A stretch of 64,000 bases of DNA, taken from positions 224,001 through 288,000 of the IMG/VR virus record IMGVR_UViG_3300048861_000178; one strand, 5' to 3'. The notes beneath the pieces are model-generated. The model was not told the DNA's origin and searched no databases. It worked only from the letters and a program-made list of their open reading frames with translations. The position numbers and the translations under genes were made by a program. This stretch comes from a virus. Its lineage: Duplodnaviria; Caudoviricetes. Below, in pieces: positions 30,191 through 39,582 of the stretch. The first letter of the stretch is position 1. Every line of letters starts with the position of its first letter.

Positions 30191-30991
30191 ATGGGCAATC
30201 AAATTCGATTCGCGTGTACGGCACTCGCGGCATCGAACAAGAGCGGGGTGTTGAAGAAAGACGACAACGGCTACTACGAACTAGTGGTCGGGGCGTTGAA
30301 CGTCTTCAACTCAATTGGTCAGTACTACGTGTACGATCAAGCCCGTGATCTGTTCGAGGGCTCGAGCACCTTCATGCGACGCGTGAAGCGCGGCGTGCTG
30401 CGCGGTGAGCTGGGTCATCCCAAGCCACTGCCTGGCATGAGTGAAGAGCAGTTTGCACAGCGCGTGATGTCGATCTATGAAGACAACGTGTGCTGCCACC
30501 ACAAGGAGATCTACCTGGATTTCGATCGGGTGAAAGATGACCACGGTAACCCCGTGATCGCTATCATCTCGCGCGTCTATCCGTCGGGTCCCCATGGCGA
30601 GCAGCTGCGTCGATCGCTGGACAATCCGAACGAGAACGTCTGCTTCTCGATTCGGGCGTTCACCGATGACTTCATGGACCGTGGCACCTGCAAGCGCATT
30701 TTGCGCACCATCGTCACCTGGGACCAAGTATTGGAACCCGGACTGGCGGCCGCCGAGAAGTTCAAGGCACCGGCACTGGAAGGAGCGCACGTGGGCGCGA
30801 GCGATCGCAACACGCTTGACTTTGACCACCTCTTTAGCCGGGGTCAGATCGAGCGCGGGATCAAGCGCAACTCGATGTACGGGGTGGCTCAGGAATCAGC
30901 CATCTTGACGGGGCAGGAACTGTTCTCAGCCATGGGTTGGGACACGACTGAAACCGAAGGGGCGAAGAAGCCCGCCTTCTTGCAGTGGTGA
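30191..30991 (+). CDS. Prohead protease (phiKZ gp175-like)
   Basis: 'LRGELGHP' (His), 'FSIR' (Ser), 'TWDQVLEPG'. Confidence 0.85.
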   Translation: MGNQIRFACTALAASNKSGVLKKDDNGYYELVVGALNVFNSIGQYYVYDQARDLFEGSSTFMRRVKRGVLRGELGHPKPLPGMSEEQFAQRVMSIYEDNVCCHHKEIYLDFDRVKDDHGNPVIAIISRVYPSGPHGEQLRRSLDNPNENVCFSIRAFTDDFMDRGTCKRILRTIVTWDQVLEPGLAAAEKFKAPALEGAHVGASDRNTLDFDHLFSRGQIERGIKRNSMYGVAQESAILTGQELFSAMGWDTTETEGAKKPAFLQW

Positions 30992-31006
30992 CACCACCGT
31001 AAGTGA

Positions 31007-31036
31007 GCCCCAGGGGAAACCCTGGGGTTTATGCCG
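31007..31036 (+). terminator. Hairpin + TATGCCG
   Basis: CCCCAGGG-GAAA-CCCTGGGG then TTTATGCCG. Confidence 0.75.
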
Positions 31037-31078
31037 TTAAACCGTACAAAGACGCATGATTCAAAGATTTGTTAGACC

Positions 31079-31086
31079 TATATTAC
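31079..31086 (+). promoter_or_regulatory. Early promoter core TATATTAC
   Basis: AAAGATTTGTTAGACCTATATTAC; same context as 55066. Confidence 0.7.
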
Positions 31087-31196
31087 TAACATGAGCAAAA
31101 CCAGAAGCACTCAAATGCGTGGATTATTTTACGTGTGTGCCTCCTGCTATGCGATAATGAAATCGCCCTAAACCTGAGGAATTTAGTACCCCCATC

Positions 31197-31682
31197 ATGG
31201 AAGATATTTCGAAAGTCATCCTGACCTTCAAAGACCAGCAGTACTCGCTGACCAAAGTCATGGCCAAAGCTGGCTCCGGTAGCATCGCTTCTGTCGAGGT
31301 GAAAGACATCAACTTCTCCGACGCAGCGCTTGCCATGATTGACCTCTCGCAAGACTGTCCGCAGTTCCATGGCGGCACGATCAGTTTCTTCAAACTCGAA
31401 GGCAAGTTCATCGTCTTCGGCGGGCGTGATCAAGTCAGTCGCGACCTTGCCAAAGGTAAGACCCACATCTCCGGCCACATCCTTTCCAGTCCCGCGCTCA
31501 AAGCTGCGCGCATCGACACGCCGGTGGCACCAGCCCCGGCGGCAGTGGAAGCATTGGCCGACAAGTTCAACTCGGTGCCCTCCAACCGCACTGAGGTGAG
31601 AACGCCGCGGAAGCCGTACGGGAGCCGCCCGACGATTTCTCGGCAGCCTTCCGGCGGCAACCAGTACGCTCGAAGCAAGTAG
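31197..31682 (+). CDS. Hypothetical early protein
   Basis: 161 aa downstream of the early promoter. Confidence 0.65.
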   Translation: MEDISKVILTFKDQQYSLTKVMAKAGSGSIASVEVKDINFSDAALAMIDLSQDCPQFHGGTISFFKLEGKFIVFGGRDQVSRDLAKGKTHISGHILSSPALKAARIDTPVAPAPAAVEALADKFNSVPSNRTEVRTPRKPYGSRPTISRQPSGGNQYARSK

Positions 31683-31750
31683 TAGTTCTTGAGCTCAAGG
31701 ACTCCAGTAGTCACTCTCTTTCTTAAATCCGATAAACAAGGAAATGCATC

Positions 31751-32236
31751 ATGACCACGACTGTTAAAGAATCCATCGTCTTCAAGCCGGAAACGCGTGA
31801 ACTGGCCGACAAGATCAAGCAGCACATCAAGCTCGATCCGAAGACCGGCCTCGCCGATCCGGAAAAGCTGAAGGGCGTGTACGTCGAACTGCTGCCCGAA
31901 GGCGTGAGCGCCGACACCGTGCTGGCAATCGACAACCACAACACGCGCTTCGCCGCCGCATCGTTCCTGGCACTCGGCGAAACCGGCGTCGACTTCTTCA
32001 AGAAGCACAAGACCGTCAACGAAGTGCAAGCCACGTTCCCGACGGTCGGCAAGTCGAAGTTCGAAGGCGTCTTCGAGCGCTCGTCGCAAGTGCGCGCACC
32101 GGGCCAGGAGCCGACCACCAAGTTCGGCACCGGCTCGATGAAGCTCGACTTCTACGGCGCGTCGCAATCGCGTGGCGAATTCAAGAAGGTGCGTGATCAC
32201 CTGACGGACATCGCCGCGTCGGCGCTGAGCGACTAA
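31751..32236 (+). CDS. Hypothetical protein, probably highly expressed
   Basis: AAGGA SD, strong codon bias. Confidence 0.75.
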   Translation: MTTTVKESIVFKPETRELADKIKQHIKLDPKTGLADPEKLKGVYVELLPEGVSADTVLAIDNHNTRFAAASFLALGETGVDFFKKHKTVNEVQATFPTVGKSKFEGVFERSSQVRAPGQEPTTKFGTGSMKLDFYGASQSRGEFKKVRDHLTDIAASALSD

Positions 32237-32277
32237 GCGAGCGCCGCTTCCGTTTACGGGGGTAGTAGCTGAGAACG

Positions 32278-32303
32278 CTCCCAGGGGTTTCGGCCCCTGG
32301 GAG
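32278..32303 (+). terminator. Terminator hairpin
   Basis: CTCCCAGGGG/CCCCTGGGAG stem, T-rich downstream. Confidence 0.7.
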
Positions 32304-32339
32304 TTTGTGACATCTTTATTTTTTGTTGTTGCAGGGACC

Positions 32340-33113
32340 ATGAAAGAACAAAACCGCAAAGAAAACGTGCAGTTGATCATCACTTTGGACCAAGCGGGTC
32401 GCCCCGTGTACAAGGATGGTGCTCCGGCGCTCTTAAACCACGCTCTGAGCCGTCTGAAGAACGTCTTGCAGGGTCAGGTGCTGCATTGTGCAGAAGAGGC
32501 GTATAGCGCCTGTAATGCGACGCAAGCGATTTCCCACCTGATTGACCACAATGGTCAGTTGAGCACCGACTTGATCAACGCCTATCGCGAAGACAACCAG
32601 CTCTATCTGGGCGAAGTGTCCAATCTCGAAACCCAGCACTGGCTGGTCGACTATCAGCACAGCGCGATCCACCGGCTGGTGCAGCGCAGTAACACGCCGA
32701 GCCTCACTGGCTTCGTGAGTCGCATCCACATCGCGCAGCTCTTTAACCAGAAGGCACCCGAAGGCGCAGTCGTCGGCGCAGTCCTCTTCGACGAAGCGTC
32801 GCTGGACGCAAACGGTTACGTGCTCGAGCGCACGGACTGGGAATCCCTTAACTACCGTACGGGAGGTCCGACCTGTGGACGCATCCGCCATCTCGTCTAC
32901 CGACACACCAGCATCCCCAAGTCCTACCCCGCAGTTCTTTCTCTGGACAATTCAGCTTGGGCAGCACAGGCTGCTGCGCGCACGAAGCGCGACATCGAAC
33001 GCCGTGTTGACGTCAATCCCGACGGCGTCGTCGACCCCACCCTCGGATTCGGCAACGTCAAGCACGACGTCATCGACCCCATCACCGGCTACCGCCGACC
33101 CAGCTGGGGCTGA
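32340..33113 (+). CDS. Hypothetical protein, possibly a degenerate DHFR fold
   Basis: 'QLIITLDQAG', 'VSRIHIAQL', 'TDWESL', 'RHLVYRH' echo the DHFR strand order; canonical active-site motifs not evident. Confidence 0.45.
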   Translation: MKEQNRKENVQLIITLDQAGRPVYKDGAPALLNHALSRLKNVLQGQVLHCAEEAYSACNATQAISHLIDHNGQLSTDLINAYREDNQLYLGEVSNLETQHWLVDYQHSAIHRLVQRSNTPSLTGFVSRIHIAQLFNQKAPEGAVVGAVLFDEASLDANGYVLERTDWESLNYRTGGPTCGRIRHLVYRHTSIPKSYPAVLSLDNSAWAAQAAARTKRDIERRVDVNPDGVVDPTLGFGNVKHDVIDPITGYRRPSWG

Positions 33114-33477
33114 AAACCCCTCCCTGATTGGTCGGGACGTGGATCACATCAAACTGATTGACACCACGGCCAAGTCAGGGGTTCTGGCGTTTGCACCGGA
33201 CTGGGAGAATGTGAAGGCGTACAAGGATGGGCGCCTGAACGAGCAGAGCTACACGGAACTCTACGAAGACAAGATGGTGGAGTCGCGGGACCTGCATCGG
33301 GCAGTGTGGGATCGGCTCTCCGTGTATCCGTACGCGGCCTATGGGTGCTACTGTCCGGCTGGGGCATTTTGCCACCGGCACCTCTTCATCCAGCACGCGA
33401 AGAACCATCTTGAGTCCATGGGCTGGCGCGTGCGCATCATGGGTGAGATCACCAAAGATCATTTTCCGAAACCTTAA
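32875..33477 (+). CDS. DUF488-like protein
   Basis: GGGAGG 8 nt before GTG; 'FAPDWENVKAYK...YTELY...CYCPAGAFCHRHL'. Confidence 0.6.
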   Translation: MDASAISSTDTPASPSPTPQFFLWTIQLGQHRLLRARSATSNAVLTSIPTASSTPPSDSATSSTTSSTPSPATADPAGAENPSLIGRDVDHIKLIDTTAKSGVLAFAPDWENVKAYKDGRLNEQSYTELYEDKMVESRDLHRAVWDRLSVYPYAAYGCYCPAGAFCHRHLFIQHAKNHLESMGWRVRIMGEITKDHFPKP

Positions 33478-33490
33478 AACGAGAATTACA

Positions 33491-34885
33491 ATGCCGTTCG
33501 TAAAAGAAGAAACGCGGGCGCTCGCCCGTATCGTCAAGATCGATGAGATCAAGCCGATCAAGAAAGCCGACCGTTTGGAAATTGCGGTTGTCGGGGGTTG
33601 GGAGTGTGTGGTCGAGAAAGACCTGTATCAGGTCGGACAGACGGCGGTGTACTTCGAGATCGATGCGGCCGTGCCGCTTGACTCGCCGGTCTGGGGGGAC
33701 TTCGACAAGAAGTACCTGCTGGTGAAGAAGGACATGGAAAACGGCGAGAAGGAATACGCCGTGATCAAGACGCTCAAGCTGCGCTCGACGCTCTCGCAGG
33801 GTCTGCTCATGCAGCTGAAGAACCTACAAAGCATCCCAGCGTTGCTGAAAGCCGCCACCGCAGCCGCGCACGGCGAGGACGAAGTCAACATCACGCAGGA
33901 GCTCGGCATTCTGAAGTACGTGAACCCGGTCGAGTACAAGCAATACCTGCGGCGTCTAGCCGAAGAATCTGGTGCAGGCGGGCGCGGTACGAACAGCTGG
34001 TGGTGGAAGCTGCGCATGAAGTTGATCAAGGGGATTCTCGTCGACGGTCTGCAAGACTTCCCGCGCGGTCATGTGAAGTCCGATGAGGAGCGCGTACAGA
34101 ACCTGGGCAAGGAATACCCGCGTCTGGTGGAAGAAGGTGATGACTGGGAAGGCTCGATCAAGCTCGACGGGGAGTCGGCCATGGCCTACCAAGATTTGGA
34201 CGACGGTTCCATTGGGCTGGCGCAACGTAACTTCTCGCTGCGCACGGAAGCTGTCCCTTACACCTGGAAGGAATCGTTCCGGGTCTATCTGTCGGACTGG
34301 ATGCGCTTCGTGCCACGGCGACTACGTGGTGGTGCGTGCCCGGTGCCGACCTGGAAGACCGAGTACGATCCGAAGTGTGTGCCGCTCGTGCGTTGGATGA
34401 TCAACAACGACATCACCACCAATCTGAAAGCGCTGAACAAGGCACTGATGATGGATGTGTCGATTGCCAAAGGTATCGGACTGGAATTCGCTCACGGCAA
34501 GATCGTCGCTATCCAGGGTGAAATGGTCGGTCCATCGTTCAATGGTGGCGCAGAAGGTTTCCCGGTCGATCAGTTCTTTGTGTACCGTGCTTATGGCAAC
34601 GGCACTTACCGGTTTACGCCAGATGAAACCAAAGCGATCGCGGCGTACCTGGGGTTGAAATATATCCCGGTCGACCCGAAGCTCGCACGCATCAAGCTGC
34701 CCGCTGACATCAAGGCACTGCTGAAGCTCGCCGACGGCCCGTCAGCGCTGCTCGCTACAGGGTCCACCAAGCTGCGTGAAGGCCTCGTGATGAAGAACCA
34801 TGTCACGGGTCGTTCGTTCAAGGTGATCTCCAACAAGTGGCTGGAAAATCAGCCACTCGAGGAAGAAGAAATCGAAACGGCTTAA
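33491..34885 (+). CDS. RNA ligase (Rnl2-like, DRB0094/Rnl5 type)
   Basis: N-terminal 'IKPIKKADRLEIAVVGGWECVV'; motif I 'KLDGES', 'QGEMVGP', 'REGLVMK', 'FKVISNKWL'. Confidence 0.88.
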   Translation: MPFVKEETRALARIVKIDEIKPIKKADRLEIAVVGGWECVVEKDLYQVGQTAVYFEIDAAVPLDSPVWGDFDKKYLLVKKDMENGEKEYAVIKTLKLRSTLSQGLLMQLKNLQSIPALLKAATAAAHGEDEVNITQELGILKYVNPVEYKQYLRRLAEESGAGGRGTNSWWWKLRMKLIKGILVDGLQDFPRGHVKSDEERVQNLGKEYPRLVEEGDDWEGSIKLDGESAMAYQDLDDGSIGLAQRNFSLRTEAVPYTWKESFRVYLSDWMRFVPRRLRGGACPVPTWKTEYDPKCVPLVRWMINNDITTNLKALNKALMMDVSIAKGIGLEFAHGKIVAIQGEMVGPSFNGGAEGFPVDQFFVYRAYGNGTYRFTPDETKAIAAYLGLKYIPVDPKLARIKLPADIKALLKLADGPSALLATGSTKLREGLVMKNHVTGRSFKVISNKWLENQPLEEEEIETA

Positions 34886-34909
34886 TACAACGCGAACAAC
34901 TGGAGGAAT

Positions 34910-35143
34910 ATGGACAAACTGAACTATGCGGTTGAGCAACGCATTCGTCTGATTGATACGGTGCTGGACCACTATGGCAGTGTTCGGCGTGGCTTGATTG
35001 AAGATTACTTCGGTATCTCGAAACCGCAGGCTTCTAACGATCTGGGCTTGTACAACCAGCTCGCTCCTGGCAACATGGAGTACAGCTTGAAGGAGAAGTG
35101 CTACAAGCGCACCGAGCAGTTCAAACGCCTCTATCCGCGTTAA
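34910..35143 (+). CDS. Stand-alone winged HTH resembling the N-terminus of CapW-type WYL regulators
   Basis: 'EQRIRLID...GSVRRGLIEDYFGISKPQASNDLGLYNQLAPGNMEY'; GGAGG SD. Confidence 0.7.
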   Translation: MDKLNYAVEQRIRLIDTVLDHYGSVRRGLIEDYFGISKPQASNDLGLYNQLAPGNMEYSLKEKCYKRTEQFKRLYPR

Positions 35144-35200
35144 CGGCATAACAGCATAAAAGCCCAAGAGACCTTTGCGGGTCTCTTGGGCTCTATGCCG
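35144..35200. terminator. Bidirectional hairpin with CGGCATA/TATGCCG flanks
   Basis: AGCCCAAGAGACC/GGTCTCTTGGGCT 13 bp stem between convergent genes. Confidence 0.8.
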
Positions 35201-35226
35201 CTATCACTCTTTTTTTGGTTCGCGTC

Positions 35227-36147
35227 TTAGAACGTGACGTTCACCGAGAGGGAATCGCTACCGGTCAGACCGGCTTGAACTTGCGCAGCGCCAGCAGCGA
35301 GGTCGCTGATGCCCTGAGCGTAGTTCGAGGTGCCCCAGTTGGCCACATCAGCGGCGATCGAATCGACGAACGGTGCACGCTCGTACGGGTTCGCGCCCGT
35401 GATGTTGATGCCGTTGAGCAGCGTCTGGTTGAACGCGTCGACACCCAGGCCGAACTGCGCGATACCTGCGAACTCGACGTCGTACGCCACGATTTCGCCG
35501 CCACTGTTCAGATCGCGCTGACCAGTGACTTCGCCCGAGGTCTTCGGGAACATGTTCGTCACGAGCCAGGACTTGTTGACCTTGGTATGGGTCGGGTCCG
35601 GTTCGATGAACGCGCAGGTCATCGTGTAACGGTCCGGTAGCATGTCGGTGACTTGGTTGCCCGCGATCGTGTTGATCGAGGCGACCTTGCTGTTCGGGTC
35701 CATCATGCAGTACTGAATCCAGCCGCGCAGGAAGCGGTTGATCGGCATGCCGTACTTTTCGTTCCAGCGGAAGTTCGGCTGCGAACGGCTTTCCTTCACG
35801 TCGGTGAATTCTTCTTGCACCTGACCGCCACCGCCGACGGGGTTGCCGTCCGTGGTGTCGACCGTGAGCGTGGAGCTCAGGCCCGTGATGGTGAGCGGGT
35901 GCAGCTCGACCAGGGCGCGCAGCGTGCCGATCCAGTAGTCCGGGTTCGGCAGGTCCGAGAAAGCGGTCGGGGCTTCGATCAACAGAGCGATCAGGTTCCG
36001 GCGCACGTACGCCTGATTACCGACCCACTCCGTCAGATCCGGTGCGTAACCCATTTGAGCGGAATACTGCAGATCCGCCATCGGGATATTCACGCCAGCG
36101 CCGAACGCGTAACCTTGCGGCAACAGCGTTTGTGCGATACGGCTCAT
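35227..36147 (-). CDS. Tail tube protein (phiKZ gp30-like)
   Basis: Follows the sheath; 'FIEPDPT...WLVTNMFPK'. Confidence 0.8.
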   Translation of the reverse strand: MSRIAQTLLPQGYAFGAGVNIPMADLQYSAQMGYAPDLTEWVGNQAYVRRNLIALLIEAPTAFSDLPNPDYWIGTLRALVELHPLTITGLSSTLTVDTTDGNPVGGGGQVQEEFTDVKESRSQPNFRWNEKYGMPINRFLRGWIQYCMMDPNSKVASINTIAGNQVTDMLPDRYTMTCAFIEPDPTHTKVNKSWLVTNMFPKTSGEVTGQRDLNSGGEIVAYDVEFAGIAQFGLGVDAFNQTLLNGINITGANPYERAPFVDSIAADVANWGTSNYAQGISDLAAGAAQVQAGLTGSDSLSVNVTF

Positions 36148-36213
36148 GTAAAACTCCTGTTCTTAAGAATGTCAGCTAGAGGGGAAGCCGTAGCTCCCCC
36201 ACCCGTGGATTGC

Positions 36214-38352
36214 TTAGGTCGCGATCAGCTGCTGGGCCGTACCACCCGAGGTGGTCGACAGATCCGACGAACGGTTCGCCTGGATGATGAGCGTTTCCAC
36301 CGTATCCATGTTGTCCGCGTAGATCTTCAGCATCAGCGTCCAGCTGTAGCCGCGTTGCGTGTCGTCTGCCGTGAAGTAGCAGTTCGGAATGATCGTGAAG
36401 CGACCATCGAAGCGCTGGTTCGTCTGCTTCACCGCTTCCTTGTTCACCTGGTCAACCAACTGGCCAGGCTTCAGCTTGCTGTTGCCGCTGAACTTGCGAC
36501 GGATACGGTCGCCGACCTTCTCGAGTTCCACGCAGCCCATCATGGTGAAGAAGCTGGTGAGCACCGAGGTGTCGTCGTCGTACACCGTCTTGAAGGCCGG
36601 GAAGTAGTACGAACGACGGCCGTACGATTCCACCCACACGAGACCGTTGTCCCAGTCGCTGTTGCGCACCGCCGCAGGCGTGAAGGTGACGTTGATATCC
36701 GTCATCAGCGTGACTTGATTCAGCGGATCGCTGTCGAACGAGTACACCGACTTCCACACGCCGTCGCCCGAACCCATGTACTTCGCCGCTTTCGCTGCGA
36801 ATTCGATGGTGAGCGGCAAACGCTTGCCGTACAGGCTGTTGATCAGCGTGCCGGAGCGACCGATGATCATGCCGCGCATCGTGGCCGTGCCGAAGTAGTC
36901 CGACTCCGGGTACATCTGCAAACGCGTGCGCAGTGCGATCGCGAGCGCCGATTCCTGAGCCGCCGTCATCACCTGGCCGCTGCCGTCGTAGACGGAGAGC
37001 ACCACCGCGGTATCCTTACGGACCGAGATGAACTGGCACAGGTCGTACTTCGTTTCGAGCGGGAAGCCCGTGTCGTACAGGATCGATTCCGGATACGTCG
37101 CCGTATCTTGCAGGTACGCATTCGGATCAGCGTAACCGGCGACAGCTGCGGAGACCAGCGTGGCGAACGACGCATCGGTCATCGTGCCGTCCGAACCACC
37201 CGACGCGTAGATCGTCGAGTTCTGCGTGAAGCGCACGGCGTTAGCCGCTTGCGTGACGACCTGGAACGAATGATACGGCACGTTCTGGCTCGACACGCCC
37301 GAGACGAAGTTGAACAGATACTGCTCGCCTGCTGCGCCCGTGAAGTCGCTGAAGGCACCTGCCACCGGGAACTCGGCCGCGTAGAACATCGCCAGCACCG
37401 TGGCGACGTTGTCGTCGTACACTTTCAGCTTGCCGAACGGACCCCACACCGGCGGCGTACCGTCGGTCGGTTGCAGATTCTGGTAAGCCTGGATCAGGCG
37501 ATCGCCGACGTACATTTTCTGCGTCGTCGACTTGTCGATCACGCCCGGCTTGAAGCCGAGATCGTAGTACTGTGAGCCATCGCGGCCTGCCACAATGGCA
37601 GCCGTACCGTTGGCGCTCGGCTTGTTAGCGAACGCGAAGCGGAACGGATACATCAGGTCGTCCGTGATGTACGCGTCGTTGATCGGCGTGCTCGACACCG
37701 AGGTCGGTGCCCACATACGGAAGCCGTGCCAGTTGCCTTCGGCACCGATGTGCGGCACTTCCAAATCGAGGATCGGGTAGCGCTGCGATTGAGCGGACGC
37801 GCCGTCGGTCATGTCGCCCGGAATGATCGTGCCCGCGCCGAAGGTGGTCGTGCCGTCTTCTTCCGGGGTGATGTAGGCCGTGACCCACTTCACTTGATAG
37901 CCTGCGATCGTGGCGCCTTCGCCGGTCACTTGAACCGGGTTGCCGCCTGCGTCGAGCTTGATCGAACCGTCCACGTTACGGACATAGTCCGGCACGTTGG
38001 TCGGCAACACATCGAGGTACACACGCAGGTTCGCGCGCGGCGCTGCGTCCGTCGGAATGACCCGCTCGATCATCATCTGGTTGCCCGCTGCATTGAGCGT
38101 ATTGGCCAGCACGGTTTGGTGGTTCGCGTACGACTTCAGATAGTCGAACGTGTCGGCACCGTACATCTGGGTCATGCCGTCACCGCCGACCAGCATCGGT
38201 TGGCTCGGGCCAGGGCCAGTCTGCGCAAACAGATAGACCTTCGCCAGGTGGGTCGGCAGGTTCTCCGGAATCGGAACCAGTGCTCGGGTGCTGTTATCCT
38301 GCACGCCGAGGAAGTTCGTCATCGGAGCGGCGTTGATAATTGCATTCGCCAT
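36214..38352 (-). CDS. Tail sheath protein (phiKZ gp29-like)
   Basis: 712 aa; 'INAAP', 'YDTGFPLETK', 'YPESDYFGT'. Confidence 0.85.
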   Translation of the reverse strand: MANAIINAAPMTNFLGVQDNSTRALVPIPENLPTHLAKVYLFAQTGPGPSQPMLVGGDGMTQMYGADTFDYLKSYANHQTVLANTLNAAGNQMMIERVIPTDAAPRANLRVYLDVLPTNVPDYVRNVDGSIKLDAGGNPVQVTGEGATIAGYQVKWVTAYITPEEDGTTTFGAGTIIPGDMTDGASAQSQRYPILDLEVPHIGAEGNWHGFRMWAPTSVSSTPINDAYITDDLMYPFRFAFANKPSANGTAAIVAGRDGSQYYDLGFKPGVIDKSTTQKMYVGDRLIQAYQNLQPTDGTPPVWGPFGKLKVYDDNVATVLAMFYAAEFPVAGAFSDFTGAAGEQYLFNFVSGVSSQNVPYHSFQVVTQAANAVRFTQNSTIYASGGSDGTMTDASFATLVSAAVAGYADPNAYLQDTATYPESILYDTGFPLETKYDLCQFISVRKDTAVVLSVYDGSGQVMTAAQESALAIALRTRLQMYPESDYFGTATMRGMIIGRSGTLINSLYGKRLPLTIEFAAKAAKYMGSGDGVWKSVYSFDSDPLNQVTLMTDINVTFTPAAVRNSDWDNGLVWVESYGRRSYYFPAFKTVYDDDTSVLTSFFTMMGCVELEKVGDRIRRKFSGNSKLKPGQLVDQVNKEAVKQTNQRFDGRFTIIPNCYFTADDTQRGYSWTLMLKIYADNMDTVETLIIQANRSSDLSTTSGGTAQQLIAT

Positions 38353-38635
38353 TTCGCGATTCCTTAGTTGAATGGTATGGTTTCGAAGACGATGCTGAAC
38401 ATCCTGGCGTCCTCTGGTGAGGCTGACCGTATCCCTCCAAATCAGTTGGCCAAAAACACCAGCTGCAGGAAAATGTCAGTCATAAGTATTTAAAATTTAA
38501 TTCGCCGGGGCTGCTACAGACGGGGACTTTCGAGCTGCAAAGCGCCCAAGTAAAAATCGCCATAGGATGGGCAGTAAGTTTTCACTATGAATAGACACTT
38601 TGGTCCACGCGACCCCAACCACTCTGGGATGAAAC

Positions 38636-39565
38636 ATGAGTATCTTCAGAACAGCCTACGACACGAAAGCTTGCGAAGGCTTCGCGGTCAGTAAGCTCCA
38701 AGGCGAAGTCGCCAAAGCAATGACCGTGGGCTGGCTGAGCCCGGTGCCCGATACCCCCATTCGTCAAGTCGATGGTAGCGACACATTGACCTCGACCATC
38801 CCGAGCTTTTTGCATCCGCTGGTGATCGAACGTGACCTGGGTGCACCGACGGCCGCGCTCGATCTCGTCATCGACACGCGACCCTTTGGCAAATGGAATC
38901 CGCATCAGCGTGAGTTCGTGGTGCGCAATCCGATCGAATACGATCTGCTCGTGTTCCGCGCCAAGCTGAACTCCATCTGGTTGTCGCACCCGGCGGAAGT
39001 GCTGCGCGATGTGTCGCCCTTTGCCATGCAGGTGTTCTGTGCCTGGGTGAGCGAGAACGTCTCGCGTCGCTTTGCACTCGATCCGCTCGAACAGATGAAG
39101 CTGGCAGTCTACACGGGCTTCTTCTATCAGTCGCTCTTTACCGACATGAAGGAGCTCACCGAGCGCGATAAGCTGCGCATGGTGCAATCGATTGCCAAGA
39201 ACACGCACGCGAAGAACACCGACGTGCTCGACGTGCTCGATCAGTTCACCGCACCGCTCACGGGCATCAAAGAGTTCTGCGATCGCGCCGAAGAAGTGAC
39301 GGGTTCGATTCGCCTGCAAGACTTTAACGTCGGGGTGCTCTACCAGATTCTGGGTCGTACCTGGTTCGGACCAAACGCGCCGGAACTCGTCGCGGTGGCC
39401 CTCGAACATCCGCCGACCTGGCTCTCCGTCATGATGGCCGCGACCAGCGAACGCACGTTCAAGAACTCGCAGATCGCCAAGATTGCTGAGCGCTCGAGCA
39501 TGTCGGTGAACCAGCAGTTCGCACGCCAGATCGTGAACCTCGTGAACGTGGCGATGGGCAAGTAA
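38636..39565 (+). CDS. Virion-associated protein (phiKZ gp28-like)
   Basis: 'MSIFRTAYDT', 'VALEHPPTW'; divergent from the sheath gene. Confidence 0.65.
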   Translation: MSIFRTAYDTKACEGFAVSKLQGEVAKAMTVGWLSPVPDTPIRQVDGSDTLTSTIPSFLHPLVIERDLGAPTAALDLVIDTRPFGKWNPHQREFVVRNPIEYDLLVFRAKLNSIWLSHPAEVLRDVSPFAMQVFCAWVSENVSRRFALDPLEQMKLAVYTGFFYQSLFTDMKELTERDKLRMVQSIAKNTHAKNTDVLDVLDQFTAPLTGIKEFCDRAEEVTGSIRLQDFNVGVLYQILGRTWFGPNAPELVAVALEHPPTWLSVMMAATSERTFKNSQIAKIAERSSMSVNQQFARQIVNLVNVAMGK

Positions 39566-39582
39566 CTTCTCCAAGGCAGGCT

